From contig CAITGV010000001.1 of NCBI GenBank assembly GCA_903892035.1, forward strand, positions 291,310 to 355,309: a stretch of 64,000 bases of DNA, in the 5' to 3' direction. The position numbers were made by a program, and so were the translations under genes. The notes beneath the pieces were generated by a model. The model was not told where the DNA came from and ran no database searches. It saw only the letters and a list, made by a program, of their open reading frames with translations. Each line of letters begins with the position of its first letter. Position 1 is the first letter of the stretch. The stretch is from an uncultured bacterium (GTDB lineage: Bacteria > Patescibacteriota > Minisyncoccia > Phycocordibacterales > UBA9973). This document shows, piece by piece, positions 8,693 through 17,230 of the stretch.

Positions 8693-10222
8693 ATGTCATT
8701 ACTCGATACTTTTATAAAGTGGCAGGTAGGTAAAAGAGTAAAGCATATAAAAACGTGGCGCGAAGATCCTATATATTTTCAAAATAAATTTCTAAAAAAA
8801 TTAATTAAAGAAAATTCTCATACTGAATTTGGTAAAAAATACAATATAAAAAACATTTCCAATTACTCGGATTTTCACAAGAAAATTCCGATTTTTTCTT
8901 ATGAGGATTTTTTCCCGTGGATTGAAAAGACAATGAAAGGCGAAGAAGACATAATTACTCATCATGGTATATATGAGTATGCGAAATCATCCGGCACTAC
9001 AAATGATCGTAGTAAATATATTCCTACACCACGTTCATATATGAAAAGAAATCATCGCGAGGGTGGTCTTGATATGCTCGCAAATTATATTTATTTAAAT
9101 CCAAAAACAAAAATCTATTTTGGCTCATATATAGCAGTATCGGGTACTTTGAATAAAAACAATAATGATAATTTTATTTCAGGAGATATTTCTGCATTGA
9201 TTTCAAGATCAATGCCATGGTATACAAAATTTAATATGCCGTATAAAAAGAAATTGGCACTTCACCCTTCATGGTCGTACAAATCAAAAGAAATAATAAA
9301 TCAATCTCTTACAAGAGATGTGCGCTCTTTAGTTGGAACTTCAACATGGATGCTTGAAATGCTCGAATATGCAAAAGAAATAACAGAAGCAAAATCTCTG
9401 CACGATGTGTGGCCGAATCTCGAGGTATTTTTTCATGGAGCTGTAGCTTTTGCTCCGTATAAAAAAGCATTTGATGAATTGTTCCCTGATAAGCCCATAA
9501 ACTACAGAGATGTTTACAATTCGGCTGAAGGAATTTTTGCTTTTGAAGATGATGCAGAAAGTCACCCGCGTGAATTATTGTTGCTTGTTGATCATGATGT
9601 CTATTACGAATTTATAGAGATGAAAGATTGTTTGCCGGTTGGCAATGCTGTACCACTTTCTGATGTAAAAATAGGAATTGAATATGCAATGATTATCACT
9701 ACTGGGAGTGGGCTTTGGAGGTATATGATTGGTGACACTGTGGTTTTTGTAAATATTTCACCATATCGTTTGCGAATCGTCGGGCGTACAAAATATTTTA
9801 TTAATGCATTTGGTGAAGAGCTTGTAGCATCAAATGCCGAGCAAGCAATTGAAAAAGCTTCAAAAGAGTGTGGTGCTATTGTACGCGCATTTACAGCCGC
9901 ACCAATTTTTTATAAGAAAACTAAAACTAAAAATATATCACAAGGTGCTCACGAGTGGGCTGTTGAATTTGCAAATCAGGATTTTAATTTTGAAAAATTC
10001 TGCAAAACTTTAGATGAAAATCTTCGAGAAATTAATTCCGATTATGATTCAAAACGTATAGGCGATGTTATTCTCGGCGCTCCTGTAGTATATAAAATAA
10101 AAGAGGGGACTTTTCGTGCATGGATGGAATCCCGTGGTAAACTAGGTGGCCAACACAAGGTCCCTGTACTTTCAAATGAAAGAAAGTACATAGATGCTGT
10201 GTTGAATAGATCTAAAATTTAA
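8693..10222 (+). CDS. GH3 family acyl-adenylate/amide synthetase
   Basis: KSSGTT..SKYIP, YNSAEG, GLWRYMIGD, GRTK...NAFGEE and GKLGGQHKVP motifs. Confidence 0.93.
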   Translation: MSLLDTFIKWQVGKRVKHIKTWREDPIYFQNKFLKKLIKENSHTEFGKKYNIKNISNYSDFHKKIPIFSYEDFFPWIEKTMKGEEDIITHHGIYEYAKSSGTTNDRSKYIPTPRSYMKRNHREGGLDMLANYIYLNPKTKIYFGSYIAVSGTLNKNNNDNFISGDISALISRSMPWYTKFNMPYKKKLALHPSWSYKSKEIINQSLTRDVRSLVGTSTWMLEMLEYAKEITEAKSLHDVWPNLEVFFHGAVAFAPYKKAFDELFPDKPINYRDVYNSAEGIFAFEDDAESHPRELLLLVDHDVYYEFIEMKDCLPVGNAVPLSDVKIGIEYAMIITTGSGLWRYMIGDTVVFVNISPYRLRIVGRTKYFINAFGEELVASNAEQAIEKASKECGAIVRAFTAAPIFYKKTKTKNISQGAHEWAVEFANQDFNFEKFCKTLDENLREINSDYDSKRIGDVILGAPVVYKIKEGTFRAWMESRGKLGGQHKVPVLSNERKYIDAVLNRSKI

Positions 10223-10311
10223 ATATAATAAAATCTACAAAGAAGTACGCATTAACATAGTGGCTTGCTTTTTTACCAACTTCGTGCTATAGTATAGTAC
10301 ATAAAAAATAT

Positions 10312-11373
10312 ATGAAAATACTTACAAAACCAAAGTTTGCAACGAGCCTAGCTCTCATTTTAGCCTTAATAATCGGTGTTTTTTATACTATTGAACAAAA
10401 TCGTACACGTAGTAAAGAGTTTACAGAAATCAGCCTACTGACTCCTGGGGTTGGTGTAAATACAGACACAAATTCAAAAGATTTAACCCTAGCTTTTCCT
10501 GTTGGTGGTCGCATAAAAAGTGTTTCTGTGAAAGTTGGAGACAAAGTAAAAGCGGGTGAAGTGCTTGCAAGTCTCGATTCTTTGAATGCTCTTGGTGCAA
10601 TCAATCAAGCAAAGGCAGCATATGATTCTGCAAAAAATGCATACGATAAACTGGTAAACGGTGCGTCAACCCCAGATATCGATGTAGCAAAAGTTGCACT
10701 CAATAATGCAAAAAATAATTATGATACTGTCGTATCAACTCAAAAAGTTTTAGTTTCAAATGCTTTGTCTGCAATGCTAAATTCTAGTCTTGTAGCAATT
10801 CCCACTGTTAGTGGAGTAAGTGTATCTGCACCAATTATTTCTGGTATATATACTGGCACTGAAACTGGTGTTTATACTATCTCAACATATCAATCTGGCA
10901 ATGGCGGATATTTTTCAATTTCTGGATTAGAAAATAGTTCGGGTCCTGTAAACAATATTCCAAATGCTCTAGGAAGCAAGGGTTTGTTTATTCAATTTCC
11001 AACCAATTTCTCATCAACAAACGTGACATGGACTGTTTCTATTCCAAATACTCAGGCATCAAATTATTTGGCAAATTACAATGCATATCAGATAGCATTG
11101 CAAAATCAATCACAAATTGTTGCTGGAGCAAAAGGTTTGGTGGATTCTGCGCAAGCAAATCTTGATCAAAAATTGGCAAATGCTCGCATTGAAGATATAC
11201 AAATTGCTAAAGCTCAAGTAGGTAGTACTCAAGGAGCACTTCAAGTTGCACAAGGAGTTTATAACAATACGATCATCACAGCGCCTGTCGATGGCACAAT
11301 TACAAATATTTCAATTACAGCAGGACAAGTTGCTACAGCAAATACTCCGGCAATTGTATTATCAGTAAAATAA
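10312..11373 (+). CDS. HlyD-family membrane fusion protein (lipoyl plus long hairpin, with insert)
   Basis: LAFPVGGRIKSVSVKVGDKVKAGEVLASLD and ITAPVDGTI lipoyl halves around a coiled coil. Confidence 0.85.
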   Translation: MKILTKPKFATSLALILALIIGVFYTIEQNRTRSKEFTEISLLTPGVGVNTDTNSKDLTLAFPVGGRIKSVSVKVGDKVKAGEVLASLDSLNALGAINQAKAAYDSAKNAYDKLVNGASTPDIDVAKVALNNAKNNYDTVVSTQKVLVSNALSAMLNSSLVAIPTVSGVSVSAPIISGIYTGTETGVYTISTYQSGNGGYFSISGLENSSGPVNNIPNALGSKGLFIQFPTNFSSTNVTWTVSIPNTQASNYLANYNAYQIALQNQSQIVAGAKGLVDSAQANLDQKLANARIEDIQIAKAQVGSTQGALQVAQGVYNNTIITAPVDGTITNISITAGQVATANTPAIVLSVK

Positions 11374-11379
11374 TATTTT

Positions 11380-12015
11380 ATGGAAGAACAAAAAAACAAA
11401 GAAAGCATATTTAAGAAACCAAAAGTCCAAAGCGCAATTGGAATTTTTTTAGTATTTGTTTTACTAGGGGGTTTCATTTTCTGGAAATCAAACCACGGAA
11501 CAATATTTATTGAAAATTCTGTATTGGATGCGCCAGTAATAAATCTAGGTAGTACTTCAGCGGGTACTCTAAATGCTTTATATGTAAAAGAAGGAGATGT
11601 AATTGGATCAAATGCCCCCGTGGCATCTGTCGGTACAGATACAATATCTTCAAAACAAAATGGAATTGTTATTAATGTTTCAAATAACATCGGTTCGTAC
11701 TTTTCTCCGGGGCAAAGTGTCGTATCGATGATTCATAAAGAAGATATGCGAGTAGTGGGAACTATAGACGAAAACAAAGGACTCTCTAATATTGCTGTCG
11801 GACAAAATGCAACTTTTTCAGTAGATGCTTTCCCTAGTAAAACATATGTAGGTATTGTGGATAGCATCAGTCAGACTTCTGACGACACAGGTATTGTATT
11901 TTCTATTTCAGACAAAAGACCAATTAAAAAATTCAGCATCAAAGTTCGTTTTGATGTGACGAAATACCCAGAACTCAAAAATGGTATGTCGGCTAAGATT
12001 ACAATTTACGAATAA
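11380..12015 (+). CDS. EmrA/HlyD-like adaptor lacking the helical hairpin
   Basis: N-terminal TM, fused lipoyl halves and IAVGQ.A.F.VDAFP beta-barrel motif. Confidence 0.8.
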   Translation: MEEQKNKESIFKKPKVQSAIGIFLVFVLLGGFIFWKSNHGTIFIENSVLDAPVINLGSTSAGTLNALYVKEGDVIGSNAPVASVGTDTISSKQNGIVINVSNNIGSYFSPGQSVVSMIHKEDMRVVGTIDENKGLSNIAVGQNATFSVDAFPSKTYVGIVDSISQTSDDTGIVFSISDKRPIKKFSIKVRFDVTKYPELKNGMSAKITIYE

Positions 12016-12023
12016 AATTTTTT

Positions 12024-13514
12024 ATGGATAATACTCCGCCAAAGAAAAATAATCTGCGGTGGTGGATATTGCTCACCGTTATCATAGGTACATTTTTAGG
12101 TAGACTTGACCAGACTATTGTAAACCTTGCGCTTCCGAAAATTATTAATGATTTCGGTATTACAGTTTCGGCTGCGGGTTGGATTGCAACGGCATACATT
12201 TTAGCCAATGCTATTTTTGTACCTATTTGGGGAAAATTGGGCGATACAATAGGAAGAAAAAAAGTTTATATTTTAGGATTTTCAATTTTTATTTTTGGTT
12301 CCGTCCTTGCGGGTTTTGCGTGGAACCTTCCATCAATGATAGTTTTTCGTGTGATTCAGGCAATTGCAGGTTCTGCTGACTATCCGACTGCGATGGCAAT
12401 CATTGCGGTGACTTTTAGAGAAGGTAAAGAGCGCGCACAAGCTTTGGGAATTTGGTCATCATCTTTTGCTGCTGCGACAGTTTTCGGACCACTTTTAGGA
12501 GGTCCTCTCATCGACGGCTTTGGTTGGCGTTCTGTTTTTCTTATAAATTTACCAATAGGACTTCTTGGAATTTATATGGCACTTCGCTTCATAAATGAAT
12601 CTCGCTCAGCTGTAAAAACAAAATTCTTTGACTGGTGGGGAGCAGCGACACTCGGTGGATCACTTTCAGCACTCGTGCTTGTGCTCGACAAAGGTCCAGA
12701 CTGGGGGTGGATGTCCGTTGGAAGCCTGATTTGTTATTTTTCTGCAATAGTATTGTTTGCTTTATTTTTAAGAATCGAACAGAGAGTTCCAGAGCCAATT
12801 GTTGATTTGAAATTTTTCAAAATTCCAGCTTTTATAAATGCATTGCTAAACAATTTCGTAGTATTTATGGGAATGATGGGTGGAGTATTTTTGATACCAG
12901 TTTTTGCTCAAACATTTCTTGGTTACAATGCGACTGAAGCCGGATACCTTTTTATACCAATGGCCGCTGCTATGATGCTCGGTGCCCCACTCGGAGGATA
13001 TCTCACAGGAAAGGTAAAAGCTAAATATGTAATTTTTGCGAGTACGCTAGTAGCAGCAATAGGAATTTTCTTATTCTCATACCTAGATCCACGCTCGACT
13101 GCGATGGATATAATGCTACCACTTTCTATAATGGCTTTTGGTCTTGGTTTTGGAATGGCGCAACGTACAAATATTATTGCTTCTGTTGTTCCACAAAATG
13201 AAATTGGTGTCGCATCGTCTGTCCTTGCTCTTATTAGAAATATTGCCGGCGCATTTGGAATTGCGATATTTGCGACGATTTTAAACAATAGAGTAAATAG
13301 CAATGTGCTTTCAATAAATGGTTATAGTCACATAAGTACCCATGCTCCAAATATTATTCAAAAATATATTTCCTTGATTATGTTGAAAGCTCAAATCGAT
13401 GCTTATGATTATGTTTTCCTAATTGCCGCAGGGGTAGTTTTTGTTGGAGCATTTTTCTCACTATTCCTAAAATTAAAAAACGAACGCACCGATGTGAAGG
13501 TGCATGTGGAGTAG
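12024..13514 (+). CDS. DHA2 (EmrB/QacA) MFS efflux permease
   Basis: LDQTIVNLALP, GKLGDTIGRK, WRSVFLINLPIG and EPIVDL motifs; about 14 TM. Confidence 0.93.
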   Translation: MDNTPPKKNNLRWWILLTVIIGTFLGRLDQTIVNLALPKIINDFGITVSAAGWIATAYILANAIFVPIWGKLGDTIGRKKVYILGFSIFIFGSVLAGFAWNLPSMIVFRVIQAIAGSADYPTAMAIIAVTFREGKERAQALGIWSSSFAAATVFGPLLGGPLIDGFGWRSVFLINLPIGLLGIYMALRFINESRSAVKTKFFDWWGAATLGGSLSALVLVLDKGPDWGWMSVGSLICYFSAIVLFALFLRIEQRVPEPIVDLKFFKIPAFINALLNNFVVFMGMMGGVFLIPVFAQTFLGYNATEAGYLFIPMAAAMMLGAPLGGYLTGKVKAKYVIFASTLVAAIGIFLFSYLDPRSTAMDIMLPLSIMAFGLGFGMAQRTNIIASVVPQNEIGVASSVLALIRNIAGAFGIAIFATILNNRVNSNVLSINGYSHISTHAPNIIQKYISLIMLKAQIDAYDYVFLIAAGVVFVGAFFSLFLKLKNERTDVKVHVE

Positions 13515-13577
13515 GGAAGAAAAACTGTAGCTATTTACTAAATTCAAAAAATAATGTATATTCTATAAGCTAAATAT

Positions 13578-13649
13578 GACTTTGTCGTTCAATGGATAGG
13601 ACACTCCCCTGCGAAGGGAGAAATGCAGGTTCGATTCCTGCCAGAGTCA
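13578..13649 (+). tRNA. tRNA-Arg(GCG)
   Basis: Cloverleaf with anticodon arm CTCCC-CTGCGAA-GGGAG. Confidence 0.9.
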
Positions 13650-13809
13650 CAAAATCGCCACAGGCAATTTTGTGACCTGAGCGAGCAAACTGCTTTGCTC
13701 GCGCGCAGGCATCGAAGAGCTTTTCCTCAATGTTTTAAATGTATTCATTTTAAACATTGGAAAAGGTAGACTGTTCCCGTAGGGAAAGATTCCCCTGCCA
13801 AAGTCACCA
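13650..13809 (+). repeat. Structured element with inverted and direct copies of the tRNA-Arg 3' end
   Basis: Inverted copy tttgtgac..gcaggcatcgaa; direct copy gattcccctgccaaagtcacca (13788-13809); internal hairpins. Confidence 0.8.
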
Positions 13810-13918
13810 TGAATGGAACAATATTTTCTCACGATGAAGTTGCTAAAAGAATTTCCGAAGGACGTTTTGTCTCAATCTTCAATAAATAATTACTTAATAG
13901 TGCTATAATCGGCAGATA

Positions 13919-14950
13919 ATGCACTCAAATATCTATACAACTTCAGAGAGGGCTTGGGAGGCAATGTATGAGGCCATCGGCAAAGCAAAACGCTCAATAT
14001 ATATTGAGATGTATATTTTCGTGGACGATATGAAAGAGCATTTTGATATTTTCAAAACTCTTATTGAAAAAGCAAAAAATGGAGTAGGTGTAGTGCTGGT
14101 GTTAGACGGCTTTGGTAGTAGGGAACTTTCAAAATCGACACTCACTGAATTCCGAAATTGTGGAATTGAAGTTTTATTTTTTAAAAGATTGTTTCGTCGT
14201 ATTCATAGAAAAGTTGTGATCATTGATGAAGGAAAAATTTTTCTTGGCGGAGTAAATATGCACGGCGCAGTGCGTAGATGGTTTGATTTGGAAATCGAGC
14301 TTGAGGGCATCGTGGTCAAACAAGCGCTTTCTTCTTTTGCAAAAAGCTATGAAGCTTGCGGAGGAAAAAATCCAAAAATTCTTGCTTATAGAAGAAAAAG
14401 AAAAATTAAAGAAGTTGGAACGTGGTTTATTGAGCATTCGCCTTTTGCTGGGCTATATCACTTGAGAAAAATTTATGAAGAATCTGTCGGTGGGGCGCAA
14501 CATAGAATCGTATTTGTCACACCATATTTTATTCCACATCGCTGGCTACGAAAATTAATTGAAAAAGCACTTTCGCGCGATGTACGAGTTGAAATTTTAA
14601 TGCCTGAAAAAAGTGACCACCTTTTAATTGATATTGCGAGTTATTGGTATGCGAAAAAATTGGCGAGCATTGGAGTTCATTTTTATTTATTGAAAGAAAT
14701 GAATCATGCGAAAGCTCTTCTCGTTGACGACCGCGCGGGGCTTATTGGTTCGCAAAATATCGATGCACTTTCTTTTGATTTCAATAGTGAAGCAAGTATT
14801 TATTTTGATGATGTAAGCATGGTGCAAAATTTGAAAGAAATTATTGCCGATTGGCAGAAAGATGTAAAAGAGGGAATAGTCGACCGAAAACTTCCGTGGT
14901 ATGCGGGAATTGTAAGTTTTATTTTGAAACTTTTTCAGCCGGTACTGTAG
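13919..14950 (+). CDS. Phospholipase D family / cardiolipin synthase-like (ClsB-like, no N-terminal TM)
   Basis: Two HKD motifs: HRKVVIID...GGVN and HAKALLVD...GSQN. Confidence 0.9.
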   Translation: MHSNIYTTSERAWEAMYEAIGKAKRSIYIEMYIFVDDMKEHFDIFKTLIEKAKNGVGVVLVLDGFGSRELSKSTLTEFRNCGIEVLFFKRLFRRIHRKVVIIDEGKIFLGGVNMHGAVRRWFDLEIELEGIVVKQALSSFAKSYEACGGKNPKILAYRRKRKIKEVGTWFIEHSPFAGLYHLRKIYEESVGGAQHRIVFVTPYFIPHRWLRKLIEKALSRDVRVEILMPEKSDHLLIDIASYWYAKKLASIGVHFYLLKEMNHAKALLVDDRAGLIGSQNIDALSFDFNSEASIYFDDVSMVQNLKEIIADWQKDVKEGIVDRKLPWYAGIVSFILKLFQPVL

Positions 14951-15134
14951 GCCCTCGCCCCGTAATTGCGTAGCAATTTTACGGGATTGACTATTTTTCA
15001 TATTTATGGGAATATGCCGTCAGCAACGGCTCTTTGTCATATTGATTAATTATTTTGTTTCATCACCCAAGACCCTTTTGGTAGAGGTTTTTAGGTGGTG
15101 AAATTAAAATATTTATTAATCAAAATTAAAAATT

Positions 15135-15566
15135 ATGAAAAAAGAAATTATTAGATTAAGTCCGCTAAATTTTGCAGAAGAACAGCTATTGAAAATGAAG
15201 GAAGATTTTCGCAAAGGTGTTTTTGGAGAAAAAAGTCAAACAAATGTACACATTGCCAGAAGTTTGTCGGTATCAATTGATACTTCAAAAATTTCTGAAA
15301 AAAATGAGTACGTAGAAATTGTAAATGATCTAGAGAATTCAATAAATAGATTATTTGCAAGATCGCAATATTCTCTTGATTTAACTGTCGCCGAGGCTGT
15401 TGTTGTGATGTTAAAAAACCAACTTCAACAGGAAACTTGGGAAAAAAGTTACAAATCCAGCATTAACGAATGGCTTGAGACAGCAGTAGAAACAACACTA
15501 CTTGCAATGCAGGACTGGTGGGATGAAATTTGCCGCTTGACGGAAAAAGAATTAGTAAACCATTAA
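15135..15566 (+). CDS. Hypothetical protein
   Basis: 143-aa ORF with its own structured leader and a downstream hairpin; no motif recognised. Confidence 0.65.
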   Translation: MKKEIIRLSPLNFAEEQLLKMKEDFRKGVFGEKSQTNVHIARSLSVSIDTSKISEKNEYVEIVNDLENSINRLFARSQYSLDLTVAEAVVVMLKNQLQQETWEKSYKSSINEWLETAVETTLLAMQDWWDEICRLTEKELVNH

Positions 15567-15616
15567 CCAATGGAAAGAAAGGGGAGATGCATTATTGCTC
15601 TCCTCTTTTTGCTTGC

Positions 15617-16084
15617 CTAAAATCCAAGATAGTCCATCACTTTGTGAGAATTTGGAGCGTGGATTTCTTTTTCTTCAATATGTTTTTTGAGAAATGCTTT
15701 GACTTCATCGGCATCCATAAATTCGAGAGGAAGAGTGATGATAGGCATAAAGAAACGATGCGATTCGAAATATAATTTTCGTGGAGTATCATTTGGATCA
15801 ATCCAAAAACCTTTGATTTTTGCATAAGGGTAAGTGTAGTCGTCGATGCGAATGCCTTCTTTATTTATTTCAAATTCTACCATGCGTGGATGACGTCCAG
15901 AAAAAAGCATCATTGAAAGTCCACCTAGAATTATAACAATGGCAAAAAGATAATTTTTATATAAAATAGATGCCGCCGCACCTGCGACGACGATGATGCC
16001 GAGTGCCCAAAACCAGTCTACACTTTTTTCTTTGTGTTCGTATTCTTCTGCGCTCCAAGTTATTTTTGAATTTTCATTTTCCAC
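15617..16084 (-). CDS. Conserved CPR-type membrane protein (two TM plus PH-like domain)
   Basis: W.A.EYEHKEKS.DWFW, two TM and Y.Y..IK.FWI pattern; GTG start. Confidence 0.75.
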   Translation of the reverse strand: MENENSKITWSAEEYEHKEKSVDWFWALGIIVVAGAAASILYKNYLFAIVIILGGLSMMLFSGRHPRMVEFEINKEGIRIDDYTYPYAKIKGFWIDPNDTPRKLYFESHRFFMPIITLPLEFMDADEVKAFLKKHIEEKEIHAPNSHKVMDYLGF

Positions 16085-16232
16085 CTTTATATTGTATCAA
16101 AACAAATTCAAGTACGCTATTGTGCACCAATATTTTACCCATAACGTATATCTAGATGAAGGTATATTAGAGTTTGTCGAAACCGTACCGTCCGTTAGAA
16201 ATTAAATTTATTAAAATTTAATCAATAAAATT

Positions 16233-16634
16233 ATGTCAAAAAAGAAAATTTCAAAAAGATCTGTATTTTTAGCCGGTTCAGCCGTCGCTCTCTCGCTTCT
16301 CTTTAGTACTCAAGCATTTGCAGAAGCTCCACAGGGAGTGCATTCTGGTGTCGCAAAGCATTCTACTGTGCACTCGGGAATGCTACGTGCATCGGGCAAG
16401 GTAACAGCAATAAATGGCAATACATTAACAGTTACAAACAAGAAAGGCGTAGTCTTCACCGTGGACGCTACAAACGCTAGTATCGTGAATATGAAGGATA
16501 AGTCACCAATGATGGTTTCGCAGGTCCTAGTGGGCGACACAGTCGCTGTGAAGGGTACTATGGTAGGTACAAACGTAACTGCCACAAAGATATTGGATGG
16601 AGTTACGAAGCATATAAAAGGAGGAAAGAAATAA
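16233..16634 (+). CDS. Secreted OB-fold (DUF5666-like) protein
   Basis: Signal peptide ending AFA; GKVTAINGNTLTV...VGDTVAVKG pattern. Confidence 0.7.
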   Translation: MSKKKISKRSVFLAGSAVALSLLFSTQAFAEAPQGVHSGVAKHSTVHSGMLRASGKVTAINGNTLTVTNKKGVVFTVDATNASIVNMKDKSPMMVSQVLVGDTVAVKGTMVGTNVTATKILDGVTKHIKGGKK

Positions 16635-16638
16635 AAAG

Positions 16639-16680
16639 AGTAATTAAAAAAACGCCCAAGTGGGCGTTTTTTTAATTACT
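16639..16680 (+). terminator. Intrinsic terminator
   Basis: aaaaaaacgccca-ag-tgggcgttttttt. Confidence 0.85.
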
Positions 16681-16729
16681 ATAACCACCATGGTTGAAAA
16701 AATAGAGAAAATAAGGTAATGTAGTTCAC

Positions 16730-16816
16730 GGAGGCGTGGCTGAGTGGTTTAAGGCACTTGTCTTGAAAACAAGGGACCATGAAAGTGGTCCGTGAGTTCG
16801 AATCTCACCGCCTCCG
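16730..16816 (+). tRNA. tRNA-Ser(TGA)
   Basis: GGAGGCG/CGCCTCC acceptor, loop CTTGAAA and long variable arm. Confidence 0.95.
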
Positions 16817-16819
16817 CAA

Positions 16820-17230
16820 ATGAAATATTTGGGTATCGACTTTGGGACAAAAAGAATAGGCCTCGCCGTCACAGACGAAAGCGGGACTATTGTGCGTACA
16901 CTTGATGTAGTAAAAAACAGCCCAAAGGTCATAGAAGAAATTGGAAAAATTATAAATACTGAAGGAGTGGAGAGCATCGTGGTGGGGGATTCAACAGGAA
17001 GCTCTGTGGCGGAAGAAATAGAAGATTTTATTTCACGATTAACTTTCTCTACATCTTTACCTGTGGATAGAATGAATGAGGCATTTACTTCTTTTGAGGC
17101 ACACGGTCGCCTCGGCAAAGAAATGAACAATGCTCGCTCGGCAAAAGCTCCCACAAAGCCCGACAACCTCGACTCTCGCGCCGCAGCAATTATCTTGGAA
17201 AGATATTTAATGAAAAAAAATGGAAAATAA
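16820..17230 (+). CDS. yqgF: YqgF/RuvX family RNase H-fold nuclease
   Basis: YLGIDFGTKRIGLAVTD, E..TS.EA and D..AA.IILE motifs. Confidence 0.92.
   Translation: MKYLGIDFGTKRIGLAVTDESGTIVRTLDVVKNSPKVIEEIGKIINTEGVESIVVGDSTGSSVAEEIEDFISRLTFSTSLPVDRMNEAFTSFEAHGRLGKEMNNARSAKAPTKPDNLDSRAAAIILERYLMKKNGK

Noticed and set aside
9628-9645. ttgccggttggcaa (CLPVGN) in GH3 as a decayed LPAQAG-type insert
   Set aside because: The arms are only 5 bp; suggestive but not supportable without ortholog alignment
13809-13889. 26-codon ORF starting at the distal tRNA-end copy
   Set aside because: It is too short, with no motif or independent promoter; possibly a gene remnant
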